In this document: piece by piece, positions 12,106 to 22,867 of the stretch
Layout of the letters: each line of letters starts with the position of its first letter
Numbering within the stretch: the stretch's first letter is position 1
Assembly: GCA_036785375.1 (NCBI GenBank)
Contig: JAWMAR010000034.1
Span: 682,001 to 746,000, forward strand
DNA length: 64,000 nucleotides
Source: Leucoraja ocellata
Lineage: Eukaryota
Direction: 5' to 3'
The notes under the pieces: model-generated
Seen by the model: the letters and a program-made list of their open reading frames with translations, nothing else
The model's database searches: none
Told to the model about the DNA's origin: nothing
Position numbers and translations under genes: made by a program

Positions 12106-12557
12106 CCCTCTGTGTACTTGTAGTAACTGCTCCTTAACAGCTGTCAAACTCTCCTGATCTTTGGGCAACTGATGCGAGTGTGGGGTTGGGTGGTGATAAT
12201 GGGTCTGTCGAGGAACAAACTCATTGGAGCACTCCTGGACCAAACATTGATGGTTCGGGTAAGGGTCCATAAATCTTGAGTGCCTGTCCCTCTGGGATTC
12301 AGCTTGGATCGAGGTACCTGCCCCTGGAGAGGGAGCACATGGTGCCCACAGGCAGGATGGAGACCTTTGGGACCAGTGAGCACTGCTGGCAGATGCTAAA
12401 CAACATCCTTGCCCTCTGGAATAACATTTTTTTTTTACTTTTGTTGCAAAATAGCGACTTAGAAAAGCGGTTCCATCAATAAAAAAGCAAAAGAAAGAAG
12501 TACGAGATAACTGAAGGTGCTCGGCGGAAAGGAGTTGGATCTCAGCTGTGAGCTTTT

Positions 12558-15500
12558 TTATATTTTCAGGCGTGGAGCAAGCTGGCTGTATTCAGAGCTC
12601 CCTCTACGATTCCGAAGATCCTAGAAAATACCAAGACAGTGTTAACATCCAAATAATAAATATGTGACTGCCTACCGCCTTAATCCTCCCATGTGTCAGG
12701 CAAGGAAACCCCGGTTGCCCCTTGCGGTTGTGGTTGCCACTTCAGGAGAAGGTTGGGAAAGCATGTGAGGGGCTGCAGAAAGGAATTCTGAGGACCTTCT
12801 CGTGGTCAGTTATGTTCTGGTTGGGCTTGGCTTGTTCTCTTTGGAACAAGGGGACCTGAGGGAGATCCAGAACAAGGGCAACTGAGGGAGATCCAGAACA
12901 AGGGAGATTTGGGTGGAGAGGGGGGGGAGTGTTGGGTGGCTGTGGCTCCTCAAAGGATATGTGCATTAGTCAGAGTGATGGAGCAGTTGTGCTGAATAGA
13001 CTCTTTTTGACACATTATAAATATGAAAGACATGGAAAGAATCAACAGGAGCTTCTCCGAAGGGAGATGACTAACTATAGAATAAGGGTTTAGACAATTG
13101 GTCAATTAGCGGAAGGACTAAGGGTTGATGAAAATTCTTCACCCGAAAGACAGTGATGGGGCAAGTGGGGACGAGTCTAGGATTTGCTGACTGAAAGAGT
13201 AATGGAGAGGGAAACTCTCATAGAAGCCAGGAGGCACCTGGATGAATCCTTGAAGAATCATAGCTTATAAAGCCAATGGCCAAGAGCTGGAAAGTAGTTT
13301 TACTCAAAATGAAGGTAGACGTAAGTTCTGGAGAAGGGTCTTGACCTGAAACATCACCTTTTCCTTTGCTCAATAGATGCTGTCTCACCCACTGAGTTTC
13401 TCCAGCATTATCGTCTACCTTTGATTTTTCCAGCATCTGCAGTTCTTTCTTACACATTTAATCAAAATGAACTTGCTTTTGGTTGGCATGAGAAATCACA
13501 AGCCGATTACAACCCTCTTTCTGCTGTAAATCTTGTTGCTTCATTAAATTATCTCTTTCTACAATATCATATTCACTGCATGGGATCTGGATTATGAAAT
13601 TACCCAGTAGGAAATTACACCCTCAGCACTTTGCACTGAGATATCTATATTTCTCCCATCCCAGAGCAGGATAGAGAAAATTATCTCCTTCAGGAAGGAG
13701 AGTTACCATGCCCATCCCTGCTCATCTCTTGTGTAAGAAGGAACTGCAGATGCTGGTTTAAACCGAAGACAGACACAAAAAGCTGGAGTAACTCAGCGGG
13801 ACAGGCAGCATCTCTGGAGAGAAGGTTCGGGTCGAGACCTACAGCTTTTTGTGTCTATCACCTGTACATGTCTTTATGGACACACTCGGCAGAGGTCTCG
13901 GACCAGGTATCCTCTTCCCACTTCAACCAATAGAGCATGTCGTAAAACCACAGTCTGCTGGTTTCGTGGAGATATCCAGTGTGTACTTGACAAATATTTG
14001 AAGCCTTTGCCAATATTGAGGCAGATACGATAAAAACATTTAAACGGGTAGATAGATAGGGAAGGTTTACAGGGACAGCGGCCAAACTCAGGGAGGTACA
14101 ACCAGCGTAGATGGGGCATCTTGGTCAACATGGGCAAGTTGAGCTGAAGGACCAGTTTTCTGTGCTGTATGACTCCTGCAGATGACGTAGGCATACCCTG
14201 GATTGGCTCCTAGGGTGGGTCAAGTCATCCTTTCTCAGCCATTAAGAGAGCAAAACTTTGTTCTCAACTGTCAGCCTACATGATTTGGTTGCTCCTATTT
14301 AGTTCCCTGTAACCTAATCTCTTGCATATTCCCATCAACTGATTGCTGTACCTCTTGCCAACACCAGGGGCAATTTACATGAAACTGCAACACCCAGGGG
14401 AAACTCACTTGGTTGCAAACTCCACACATTCATTTGTTTGTTGCTCCACATTAATAACTTGATCAAAGTCCAAAACCCACTCAAACTCAATGAACTCTAG
14501 TAGACAACTGTTGACTCTCCTTACCTGATACAGATCGTTGTTGTGGGGAACAAGGTGCTGCTCGTCAGAAGCTGGAAGAAAAGTACAAGGAAGGGAATAA
14601 GTAACTTGGAATTATCTAAGGCACGACCAATACTATTTATATAAGGTACACAAAAAAGCTGGAGAAACTCAGCGGGTGCAGCAGCATCTATGGAGCAAAG
14701 GAGAAAGGCAACGTTTCGGCACGAAACGTTGCCTTTTTCCTTCGCTCCATAGATGCTGCTGCACCCGCTGAGTTTCTCCAGCTGTTTTGTGTACCTTCGA
14801 TTTTCCAGCATCTGCAGTTCATTCTTAAACCATTTCTATAAGGGTTAGGCTTAGGTATAACATTGTCAAATGTACCAAGTTACAGAGAAAAGATTTGTTT
14901 TGCATGCTATCCAAACAGATCGGATAAACCATACATAAATCAAGTCAAACTCCAGTACAGTAGATAGAGAAAAAGGGAAAACACAGAGCGCAGAATATAG
15001 TTCCCAGCATTGTAGCGCATCAGTTCCATTGACAAAGGACTAATGTCCTCAATAGGCTAGCGATGAATCGGACAGATTCAGATTCAATTTTTTTTTAATT
15101 TCAATTTTAATTGTCATTGTCAGCACCCTAACTTATGGAAGGCCTGTTCAGATAACAGAGGGGAAGAAGCTGCTGACACATGACAAATTTCTTCAGGCTC
15201 TTCAGGAAGTAAAGATATTGCTGAGCCTTCTAGGCCGTCGCATCAGTGTGCTTGGTCCGTGAAAGATCATTTGTAATATTAATGCCAAGGAACTTGAAGT
15301 TATCGACCATTTACACTTCCACACCATTGATGGCTGAATGGAGCATGTACTCAACTATGCTTCCTGAAGTTAATAACTTGCTCCTTTGTCTTGCTGCCCT
15401 TCAGGGAGCGGTTATTGTCCTGAAACCATATCACTAAGTTCTCCATCTCCCTCCTGTACTCTGTCTCATCATTGTCTGTGATTCGGCCCACCACGGTGCA

Positions 15501-18292
15501 AATCTTCAACTGGAATTAGCACCTAGTTTAGCCATACAGTTGTGAGAGTATGGGGAATATAGGAAGGTACTGAGAATGCATCCTTGCATGGCTCCACGTT
15601 GAGAATTATTGTGGAGGTCTTCTATCCTCCCTGATGGGGGATTCCTAGATCCAGGATTTTGGAGATGAGTGGATAGGATTATGGTGTTGAAGGAAGAGCT
15701 ATAGTCGATACATAGGAGTCTCGTGTTATCTAAGTGTTCCAGAGATTTGTTTAGGGCCAGGTAGATGGCACTTGCTGTAGACCTGTTGCAACGGTAAACA
15801 AACTGCAACCGATCAAGGCTGGCTGGGAGGCTGGAGTTAATATGTTCCAATGATCAGTCTATCAAAGCACTTCATGATGGTGGGTGTCTGAGCCACTGGA
15901 CGATTGGGCAGCAATCTAAAATTCTCTTCCCCAAAATGTTGCGGTGCCTGGAGGTTAATTGAACCTTTCACAAGAGATGTTTTATTTTCCTACTGGCAGC
16001 ACAGTGTTCAATTGTTAGTATATCATGGTTCAGTTGCTTTTCACTCAGAAAGTTGCAAATTCAAGTTCCAATGATCTTGTATGGGATCTCCAATGCCTAT
16101 TGCTGGGATATGGACATGTTTGTAATGGGCTGTGAATCGACCCAACTGGCTCAAGGCTAAAAGGTTGGCCAAGTACATAATGACCTTATAGTTAGTAGAA
16201 GTAGAGGATGAGACAATCAGTACAGGTGTGATGAGAACTGATAAAATAAATGGTAACCTTTTCCTCCCTTCGAAGATGCCACACAGTAGACCGCTAAAGC
16301 GATAAAGACAGTAGCAATAAGGTCTCCAATCACAATTCCAGAGATCGTGTTGGCATCCAGTTGCACACAATTCCTACAAACTGAAAACAAAGGTAGGACA
16401 AAAACGTATCAAAATTTCATTTTATATTTAATGCAATATAATTTTTTAAACATCTATTGCTCCTGTTTTGTTCATTCATTCTGGTGCTGCAGCTGACCAC
16501 CTTCTTATGTTCAGCCAGTGCTGAATTGGAGAACATAGCCCTGATATTCAAATTCTACTTCTGTCTCAGACAGCCACCACTTCTTTTGTTCCCAGCCCAG
16601 TTTGGTAATGGTTCCAATGAGGAACTCGGGGTCAGGTAAGTCAGGGACAGCAATGTAACAAACACTAACATCATGCCCAACTCCAGTTATTACATCTCTT
16701 CAAGTGTTACATAGAAAAGATCAACTTACGTTTGACAAACACAAAAGTGGTCGATCTCTTTTGGCCAACAGTGCAGGTATATTCTCCAGTATCGGTGTCC
16801 GAGAGCTTGGTCAGTTTCATATTACCATCGTGCGTTTTCCCTGCATAGTTCACTCCGTCCTTCTCCCATTCTCCAACAATTGGACACTTCATAGTGATGC
16901 CACCAGACTCTTCCTTGATCACTGAGGAGGACGAAGCACAGGAGCTGAGCAGCACTCTGACAGTGCTACTGACTGGGAGGTGAGCTCCCTATTGGAATTC
17001 AAAGTCTGATTCCCAAGTAGTAATTTGTGCTCAGCTTTTAGCTAGTGTCAATCTTAGAACAGAATGCTGATGTGGAAGAGAAGTCAAGAAGGGAGAGAAA
17101 AAGGAACGGATCTGCCCACAAGCGTGATGCTTGGCAACACTTTAACATGAAAAAAGCCTGCAAGTTCACATCCCGGCATAGTTTGCTTGTCCCCTGACTC
17201 TCAGTCTGAAGAACTGAAATGTTCTTGACCCAAAAACGTCACCTATACCTTTTCTGAGTTATCCAGCTTTTTGTGTCCATCTATAGTTTTCTGGGATTGC
17301 TTGCTTAAATTTGATGATTTGTAATTAAAAGGTAATATAATCCTGAAAATAGCCAAGGTGTTGGAAAATTATAACTGGATCACTAATGTCCTTAAAGAAG
17401 AGGGACATTAGTTATATGCCTGAGACAAGGTTAGCATTTCCAGAATTTTAAACTCTGAATTCAAATTGACAAACTAATCTTTGGACACACAGCTCTGGAT
17501 TGCTCTTTGTAGTATTTTATTGGTCTTCATGATATTTTATTATTCTGCTCAGTTGCTTATCTGTTTATTCTCGACTGCTGATCTATACTCTATGTGTAGA
17601 ATGGAACTGCAGATGATGGTTTACACCAGCACAAGGGAGACACCAAACGCTGGAGTAACTCAGCGGGACAGGCAGCGTCTCTGGTGAGAAGGAATGGGTG
17701 AGGCTTCAGTCTGGAAAAGCGTCTCAACCTGAAACGTCACTCATTTCTTCTCTGCAGAGATGTTGTCAGTCCCACTGAGTTACTCCAGCATTTTGTGTTT
17801 GTACTCTATGTGTGTTGGTGGTCGAGGAGAAACATGTAAGCATAACTATCAGGATCTCGGAAGTTTTCCGGTCTGGAAACTTGAGTCACTTTCTGGGTCA
17901 CATTCGTTTGCAACTTAGTGGAGGTTCAGTGAACTGAGTGTTTACTGCTAGGAATTATCTTTACACCTTAATCTCTGACCGGCAAGCTCAAAGCAATTGC
18001 AAAGGGATGAGGCAAACAAAGTGAAATCAAAGAAATAGCAGAGATCTGGGCACGGAGTCACCCTAACAGCTTGATGTTACTGCAAAGGTGGAATAAGAAA
18101 TTACCCACTTGCTCTCTTATCCATGCAATGTTTCAAAGATAAGCAAATAAAGGTTTTTGTTGAAAACCCAATTAAAAACTGTGGAAAATCTAACAAATGC
18201 TAACCTTCAGTTTCTTGCTTTTCATAACTCATAGTAACGTTTAACCCCAATAATAAAAATCAACGGCTTACCAATCATTTCTTGGGAAAACC
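12558..18292 (-). CDS. cd3gd: T-cell surface glycoprotein CD3 gamma/delta chain (signal-peptide exon not located)
   Basis: Phase-consistent exons: 18272-18292 (FSQEMI); 16730-16921 (Ig domain [12 protein letters not shown]...DTGEYTC...FVFVK); 16258-16380 ([35 protein letters not shown], with CxxC and TM Asp); 14525-14571 ([16 protein letters not shown]); 12558-12620 ([20 protein letters not shown]). ITAM is YQDL-x8-YSQL. Matches the CD3G/CD3D pattern (ASDKQTLL...LYQPL...YSHL). Confidence 0.93.
13314..13456 (+). mobile_element. Penelope-like non-autonomous element (single arm with degenerate hammerhead core)
   Basis: CTGGAGA-AGGGTCTTGACCT-GAAA-CATC-ACC followed by the family arm and tail. TSD TTTA(C/A)TCAAAATGAA at 13299-13313 and 13457-13471. 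Confidence 0.65.
14645..14830 (+). mobile_element. Penelope-like fold-back element
   Basis: Near-perfect inverted arms of about 75 bp around CGTTTCG/CGAAACG, a tail of about 35 nt on one side, and TSD ATTT(A/C)TATAA at 14635-14644 and 14832-14841. Confidence 0.75.
14850..15910 (-). mobile_element. Rex1/Babar-clade LINE fragment (degenerate RT)
   Basis: ORF 15506-15850 encodes [47 protein letters not shown] and GAMQGCILS, typical Rex1 RT motifs, with frameshifts. Confidence 0.8.
17598..17801 (-). mobile_element. Penelope-like fold-back element
   Basis: Inverted arms (CTGGAGTAACTCAGCGGGAC / GTCCCACTGAGTTACTCCAG), central CTGGAAA..GAAACGTC, and TSD TACTCTATGTGT at 17586-17597 and 17802-17813. 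Confidence 0.75.
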
Positions 18293-18353
18293 CTAAATAG
18301 AAAGAAATTGAGAAAACAGTCATGAATTTCAGTTTACAATTAAATGCAAACGC

Positions 18354-18531
18354 NNNNNNNNNNNNNNNNNNNNNNNNNNNNNNNNNNNNNNNNNNNNNNN
18401 NNNNNNNNNNNNNNNNNNNNNNNNNNNNNNNNNNNNNNNNNNNNNNNNNNNNNNNNNNNNNNNNNNNNNNNNNNNNNNNNNNNNNNNNNNNNNNNNNNNN
18501 NNNNNNNNNNNNNNNNNNNNNNNNNNNNNNN
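18354..18531. other. Assembly gap (N run)
   Basis: Run of n characters. ORFs spanning it are artefacts. Confidence 1.
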
Positions 18532-19454
18532 CACGTGCGATTCATGCAATCGGTAAATCCTATTATATACCATGATTGTCTCCACAGGGTATGAATCATA
18601 TAACTGCAATATTGTCCAAGCAATTAGAGTTGTCATGAACTTTTGCTCTGCGCATTACCACTTAATTTCATAACCAGGTACATGTCCCTGAACTGTGTAA
18701 CCCACAATGAAATTGGACCTCGTGAGTGGGGTTGAGATATGGTTTGATTCTTCTTTTCCTTACTTCAAAAGAATGAACAAAATTAGTGAACAGTCGTTTA
18801 AAACAGATGTACACAGGAACTTCTCACTGCGGGTGGTGAATCTCTGGAATTCTCTATTATAGAGGGCTGTCATGATTGGGTGTATATAAAAGTAGAAATA
18901 GAAACATTTTCAAAAGTTCAGGGAAACGTGACCTTTGAGGAAGTGGCACAACAGAGGAGATGAGTCCAGAGACAGATCAGCCATTATCATATAGAATGGT
19001 GGACTATGCTTCTATCTGCTCCTATTCTTAACCAGGAAGTGAACTTGAAATCTGATATCCCTTCCTGGGCAGATCGGTTTAGGGGCAAAAATCAATTATA
19101 AAAATGAAAAAAGATTAATGAACAATTGCAGTGAGAACAACTTAATATCAAAAACAAATCTGGTGAGGATATGTCCTCGCATGTGACCAAAGTCCTTTCA
19201 GGCAATAAACAGTGCCTGGTTTCTCCCCTTTCTTGCTCTTGTGTTGTAAGAATAGTTTTAGTTTAGCTTTTGATTTATTTTACTTTTAGCTTTAATTTAA
19301 TTTCCCCCCTTTCTTACTCGTGATGCAAGTATATAGACCTCAAGTCAATCTTTAAATTTATTTTGACAGATAGAATATGACAGGCAGCTGTTTCAATGGT
19401 AAATTACTTGCAAGTTGAGCCACAGAAGTTTGCAAGTATTCCCTGAAGTTAGGG

Positions 19455-19468
19455 GTTGCCCTGGCAAC
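19455..19468. promoter_or_regulatory. RFX X-box consensus palindrome
   Basis: GTTGCC-CT-GGCAAC. Function not shown. Confidence 0.4.
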
Positions 19469-20665
19469 TTAAGAATCACATCCACCAATGATAAATGATA
19501 AGCAAAGCCCTACAGCTACACATAAAACAGTCTTCAGATTTGAAATTTATTCAGTATATAATCCCCGAAGCAAAAATGTTACATATGGCCTATATTGTTC
19601 CGTACATTTACACAATCATGCACATATGAAAGATTTAATTGTAGACATATATACAAGAAGTTACTCCAGCACTTTTTTTGAAATACAAAAAGTTCTCATG
19701 GAAAAAGATCTAAAAAAGAATCTATCACTGAAGATTCAGAAAAATGCCATTATTCAATTAAATGCCACTTGGATCCCTCAGCTATGATGCAAGCAAAACA
19801 TAATGACTTAACAGAAAAACAATACAGTACAATTGTTCATCTTTTGGCACAGGAGATAACTTGTAATTAAAATACACCACAGAACATGCAAATACATTAA
19901 GGAATGTTCCCAGCACCAAAATGTAGCAGCCACCATTAAAAATACATCAATTGCAAACTCTGTCCAAACCGTACAACCGGATTTGCTTCATTAAAAAAAT
20001 GTTATCTCCGGAAACTATAATATAGTGACGTCCACTGAACTATGGGAGCCAGTATTTTTCAAAAGTCTGACAATATTTGGATGCGTATCCTTAATTGATA
20101 TCCTCCAGTGAGCTTTATGGTGTACCATTTCTGCTCAAGGAGTATCTATGCAGTGCCATTAAGGGTCAGGCCTGCTGCAAAGGTTAGGTTAGAACCTCTG
20201 ACCAACAAACAGGGTTCTCGGTTACATGAGTTAGCATAAGACATCCGCAAGCATAGGCGTACAAGAAATCAACACTGCCAGGGAGGAAACTGTGACAAAA
20301 GTTGAATATTTCAGATAGAAAAAGAGTTTGGGTGTGTAGTTGAGTTTGACATGTTCCCGAGCTTTCATCACAAGGCAACATCAACATCCTGACCTCCAAA
20401 TGGGGACCTTCCTCATCTCCTGTATTATAATGACTAAAGTATTATAACTAATACTTGCAAGCCCACAAAGGAGATATTCTTGTTCAGCATGGCCAGAGCA
20501 ACATTAGGAGATGAGTTCGTTCACAAGTCACTGTACGACTTTACAGGGGGTGAGTTCATCTCTGAAGGATCCCCATTGAATTTGTATCATAGGCGTGGAG
20601 TGACCATTTGGTCCAATGCTTGACCGAGGTCATTGCATTAACAGACAGACCGAGGGCATATGTGT

Positions 20666-20876
20666 AGGAAAGAACTGCAGATGCTGGTTTAAATCAAAGG
20701 TAGACACAAAATGCTGGAGTAACTCCGCGGGACAGGCAGCATCTCTGGAGAGAAGGAATGGGTGACGTTTCGGATCCAGACCCTTCCTCAAACCGTCTCG
20801 ACCCGAAACATCACCCATTCCTTCGCTCCAGAGATGCTGCCTGTCCCGCTGAGTTACTCCAGCATTTGTGTCAACT
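20666..20876 (-). mobile_element. Penelope-like fold-back element with a near-intact minimal hammerhead motif
   Basis: Inverted arms and a one-sided tail. TSD GAGGG(C/T)ATATGTGT at 20652-20665 and 20877-20890. Minus strand 20761-20794 reads GGT-TTGAGGA-A-GGGTC-TG-GATCC-GAAA-CG-TC-ACC. Confidence 0.78.
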
Positions 20877-21130
20877 GAGGGTATATGTGTTGTGTTCACA
20901 TCACTCAAGTCACATTTGGATCCTTCTTAGAAGTGCCTCATCCTTCAAGGCAAGTGAAATCCAGGGAGATGTGTCACTGAATCTTGAACTCAGAGAAGGT
21001 GAACAACTTTTTTGAAAGCCTTGTCTGATTACATCCCCGGGACTACTCCCAAGAGGGGCTAGGATATCAGTCCTGGAATGGTCAGGACAATGGTGGAGAG
21101 CTGGCAACACACAAGCCCACTGATGTGAAG

Positions 21131-22867
21131 TTAAGGGAGAGATTGATGGTAATCTCCAAAGCATTGGACCCTGCACAGTGGCACTTCACAAAACTCGCAC
21201 ATGAAGGAGGTCTCCACTGATCTCCCGGACGCGGTTTTGCGTTTGCATCGCGAGCACTCCCGGCACACCTTCTTGCGCCCATCTATCTTCACCATGCTGT
21301 GTGCTCTGGCGTTGCTGAAGCCCGCCTGGTATCTGGTTTCCGCCGACGAGGCCAGCCTGCCCTTCCTGCTCCCTCCCGCAGAGTAATCCCCACGGAGCAT
21401 CTTGGCCAGAGCCGTCCTGAAGTTGAGGTGGTCATAGCGGTTGGGGAGCGGTGGGTCGTGAGATGACCTCTTGAAGATCAGCCAGGCATTGACGATGGTA
21501 ATATTCAATGAAAACCACAACAGACACCTCCACCACTTTTTGGAAGGACGACCCACAGGATAATAGCTCCTCATCTGATCCGAAATATCAACGCCGCCCA
21601 TGTACTTATTATACTCAGTGACCACCTGAGGTTTGACCACCCCCGAGCTGGCAATCATCTTGGTCCCTTGATTGTTTGAAAGCGTGACCACTTGTCGCTT
21701 GTCCTTCCAAATGGTTAACAGCAACGATCCCTTCTGAAAGAACCGAACGTCGCCCTGTCTCTTGAGCTTCATCGTCCGGGCTTGTGCGGGGATGCCTTTG
21801 CGGTTGAGGTGTGCGGTGGAGCAAGCCCTTGTCCCCCGCTCCTCCAGGTGCTCCAGGAGAACGGGGCTTGCGAAGAAGCGGTCAAAGTACACGTGGTGGT
21901 GTCGGTGGAAGTAGGGGTGGCAGAGCTCCATCACCACGTCGTGCCCGGTGCCGTGTGGCGACACCGACCTCCGCCGTCCCGTGTACACGTTGAAGTTCAG
22001 GCAGTAACCCGTGACAGATTCGCACAGCATCCACACTTTCACACCCCACTTTGTCGGCTTGGCCGGGGAGTACTGCTTGAAATACAGCCGCCCTTTGTAA
22101 GCCACCATGCCCTCGTCCACACTCAGGTCGCGGCTCGGACGGTAGCATTGCCCAAAGAGGCCGCGCACCACCTCCATCAGGCCTCGGACTTTGTACACTG
22201 GGTCGTGGTCGGGGTCCGATCTGTCCAGGGCGCCCCTGTTGTCCCGGAGGTGGAGATACTGGTTTAGTTTCCAAAACCTGTCCCTGGACATGGCGGAAGA
22301 GATCCATGGGCAGCGGAGGGAAGTGTCTTGGCTCCAGTACAGGGAGATGCGAGGCAGTTGCTTGATGCCCATCATGATGTTGATGGCCAGGAACGCCTTG
22401 ATTTCCTGGGACTCTGTCGGGGTCCAAGAGGAATCCCTTTTACCTGCTGTCTCTTGGCACTGGGCAGCGTAGCGATTGGTTTCCAAGGCTATGGTGTCGA
22501 ACACAGTTTGTGGCCAGAGTAAGGTGAAGTAATCCAGTGGGCTGGCAGTGTCTGGGAGCTGGTGCTGGGGGCCGCTGGGTTCCGTGAAGGGCGGTACATG
22601 CATATCTTCAACATCAGTGGTCCACTCCACATCTGCCTCCTTCCCAATGGACAATTCTCTCTCTCCACGTCCAATATCCTCAGAATTCCCCACATCGCTC
22701 TCAGATTCCATTACAAATACAGTAGGCGTGCAATTGGACTTTTCTTCCCCCAAACCCCAAAACGTTTCGTTCATTGATAGAACACATACAATGTTCGAAA
22801 ATACCGCGCTGTGGGGGAATAAGATGTTATAGTCAAAACGCGTATTTGATTTTTTCAATGGTGCCAT
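21131..22867 (-). CDS. piggyBac-family transposase / PGBD4-like protein
   Basis: 578-aa intact ORF with an acidic N-terminus, ETNRYA, MSRDRF, the DDD triad (LSVDEGM, VYFDRFF, MGGVDISDQM), KPTKWGVK, KKWWR and a C-terminal Cys-rich domain (CRECSRC...CEFCEVPLC...CFGDYH). Confidence 0.93.
   Translation of the reverse strand: MAPLKKSNTRFDYNILFPHSAVFSNIVCVLSMNETFWGLGEEKSNCTPTVFVMESESDVGNSEDIGRGERELSIGKEADVEWTTDVEDMHVPPFTEPSGPQHQLPDTASPLDYFTLLWPQTVFDTIALETNRYAAQCQETAGKRDSSWTPTESQEIKAFLAINIMMGIKQLPRISLYWSQDTSLRCPWISSAMSRDRFWKLNQYLHLRDNRGALDRSDPDHDPVYKVRGLMEVVRGLFGQCYRPSRDLSVDEGMVAYKGRLYFKQYSPAKPTKWGVKVWMLCESVTGYCLNFNVYTGRRRSVSPHGTGHDVVMELCHPYFHRHHHVYFDRFFASPVLLEHLEERGTRACSTAHLNRKGIPAQARTMKLKRQGDVRFFQKGSLLLTIWKDKRQVVTLSNNQGTKMIASSGVVKPQVVTEYNKYMGGVDISDQMRSYYPVGRPSKKWWRCLLWFSLNITIVNAWLIFKRSSHDPPLPNRYDHLNFRTALAKMLRGDYSAGGSRKGRLASSAETRYQAGFSNARAHSMVKIDGRKKVCRECSRCKRKTASGRSVETSFMCEFCEVPLCRVQCFGDYHQSLP

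Noticed and set aside
12843-12904. 26-bp unit GAACAAGGG..CTGAGGGAGATCCA repeated about 2.3 times
   Set aside because: Ordinary intronic minisatellite with no further structure.
18222-18636. ORFs containing X runs
   Set aside because: They span the N gap. Only the 21-bp mini-exon inside them is supported.
21131-21137. TTAAGGG overlapping the PGBD stop codon as a piggyBac terminus
   Set aside because: Wrong orientation: an element end here should read TTAACCC on +. No matching opposite end was found.
21201-22832. Antisense and alternative-frame ORFs over PGBD
   Set aside because: Shadow ORFs produced by GC-rich codon usage.
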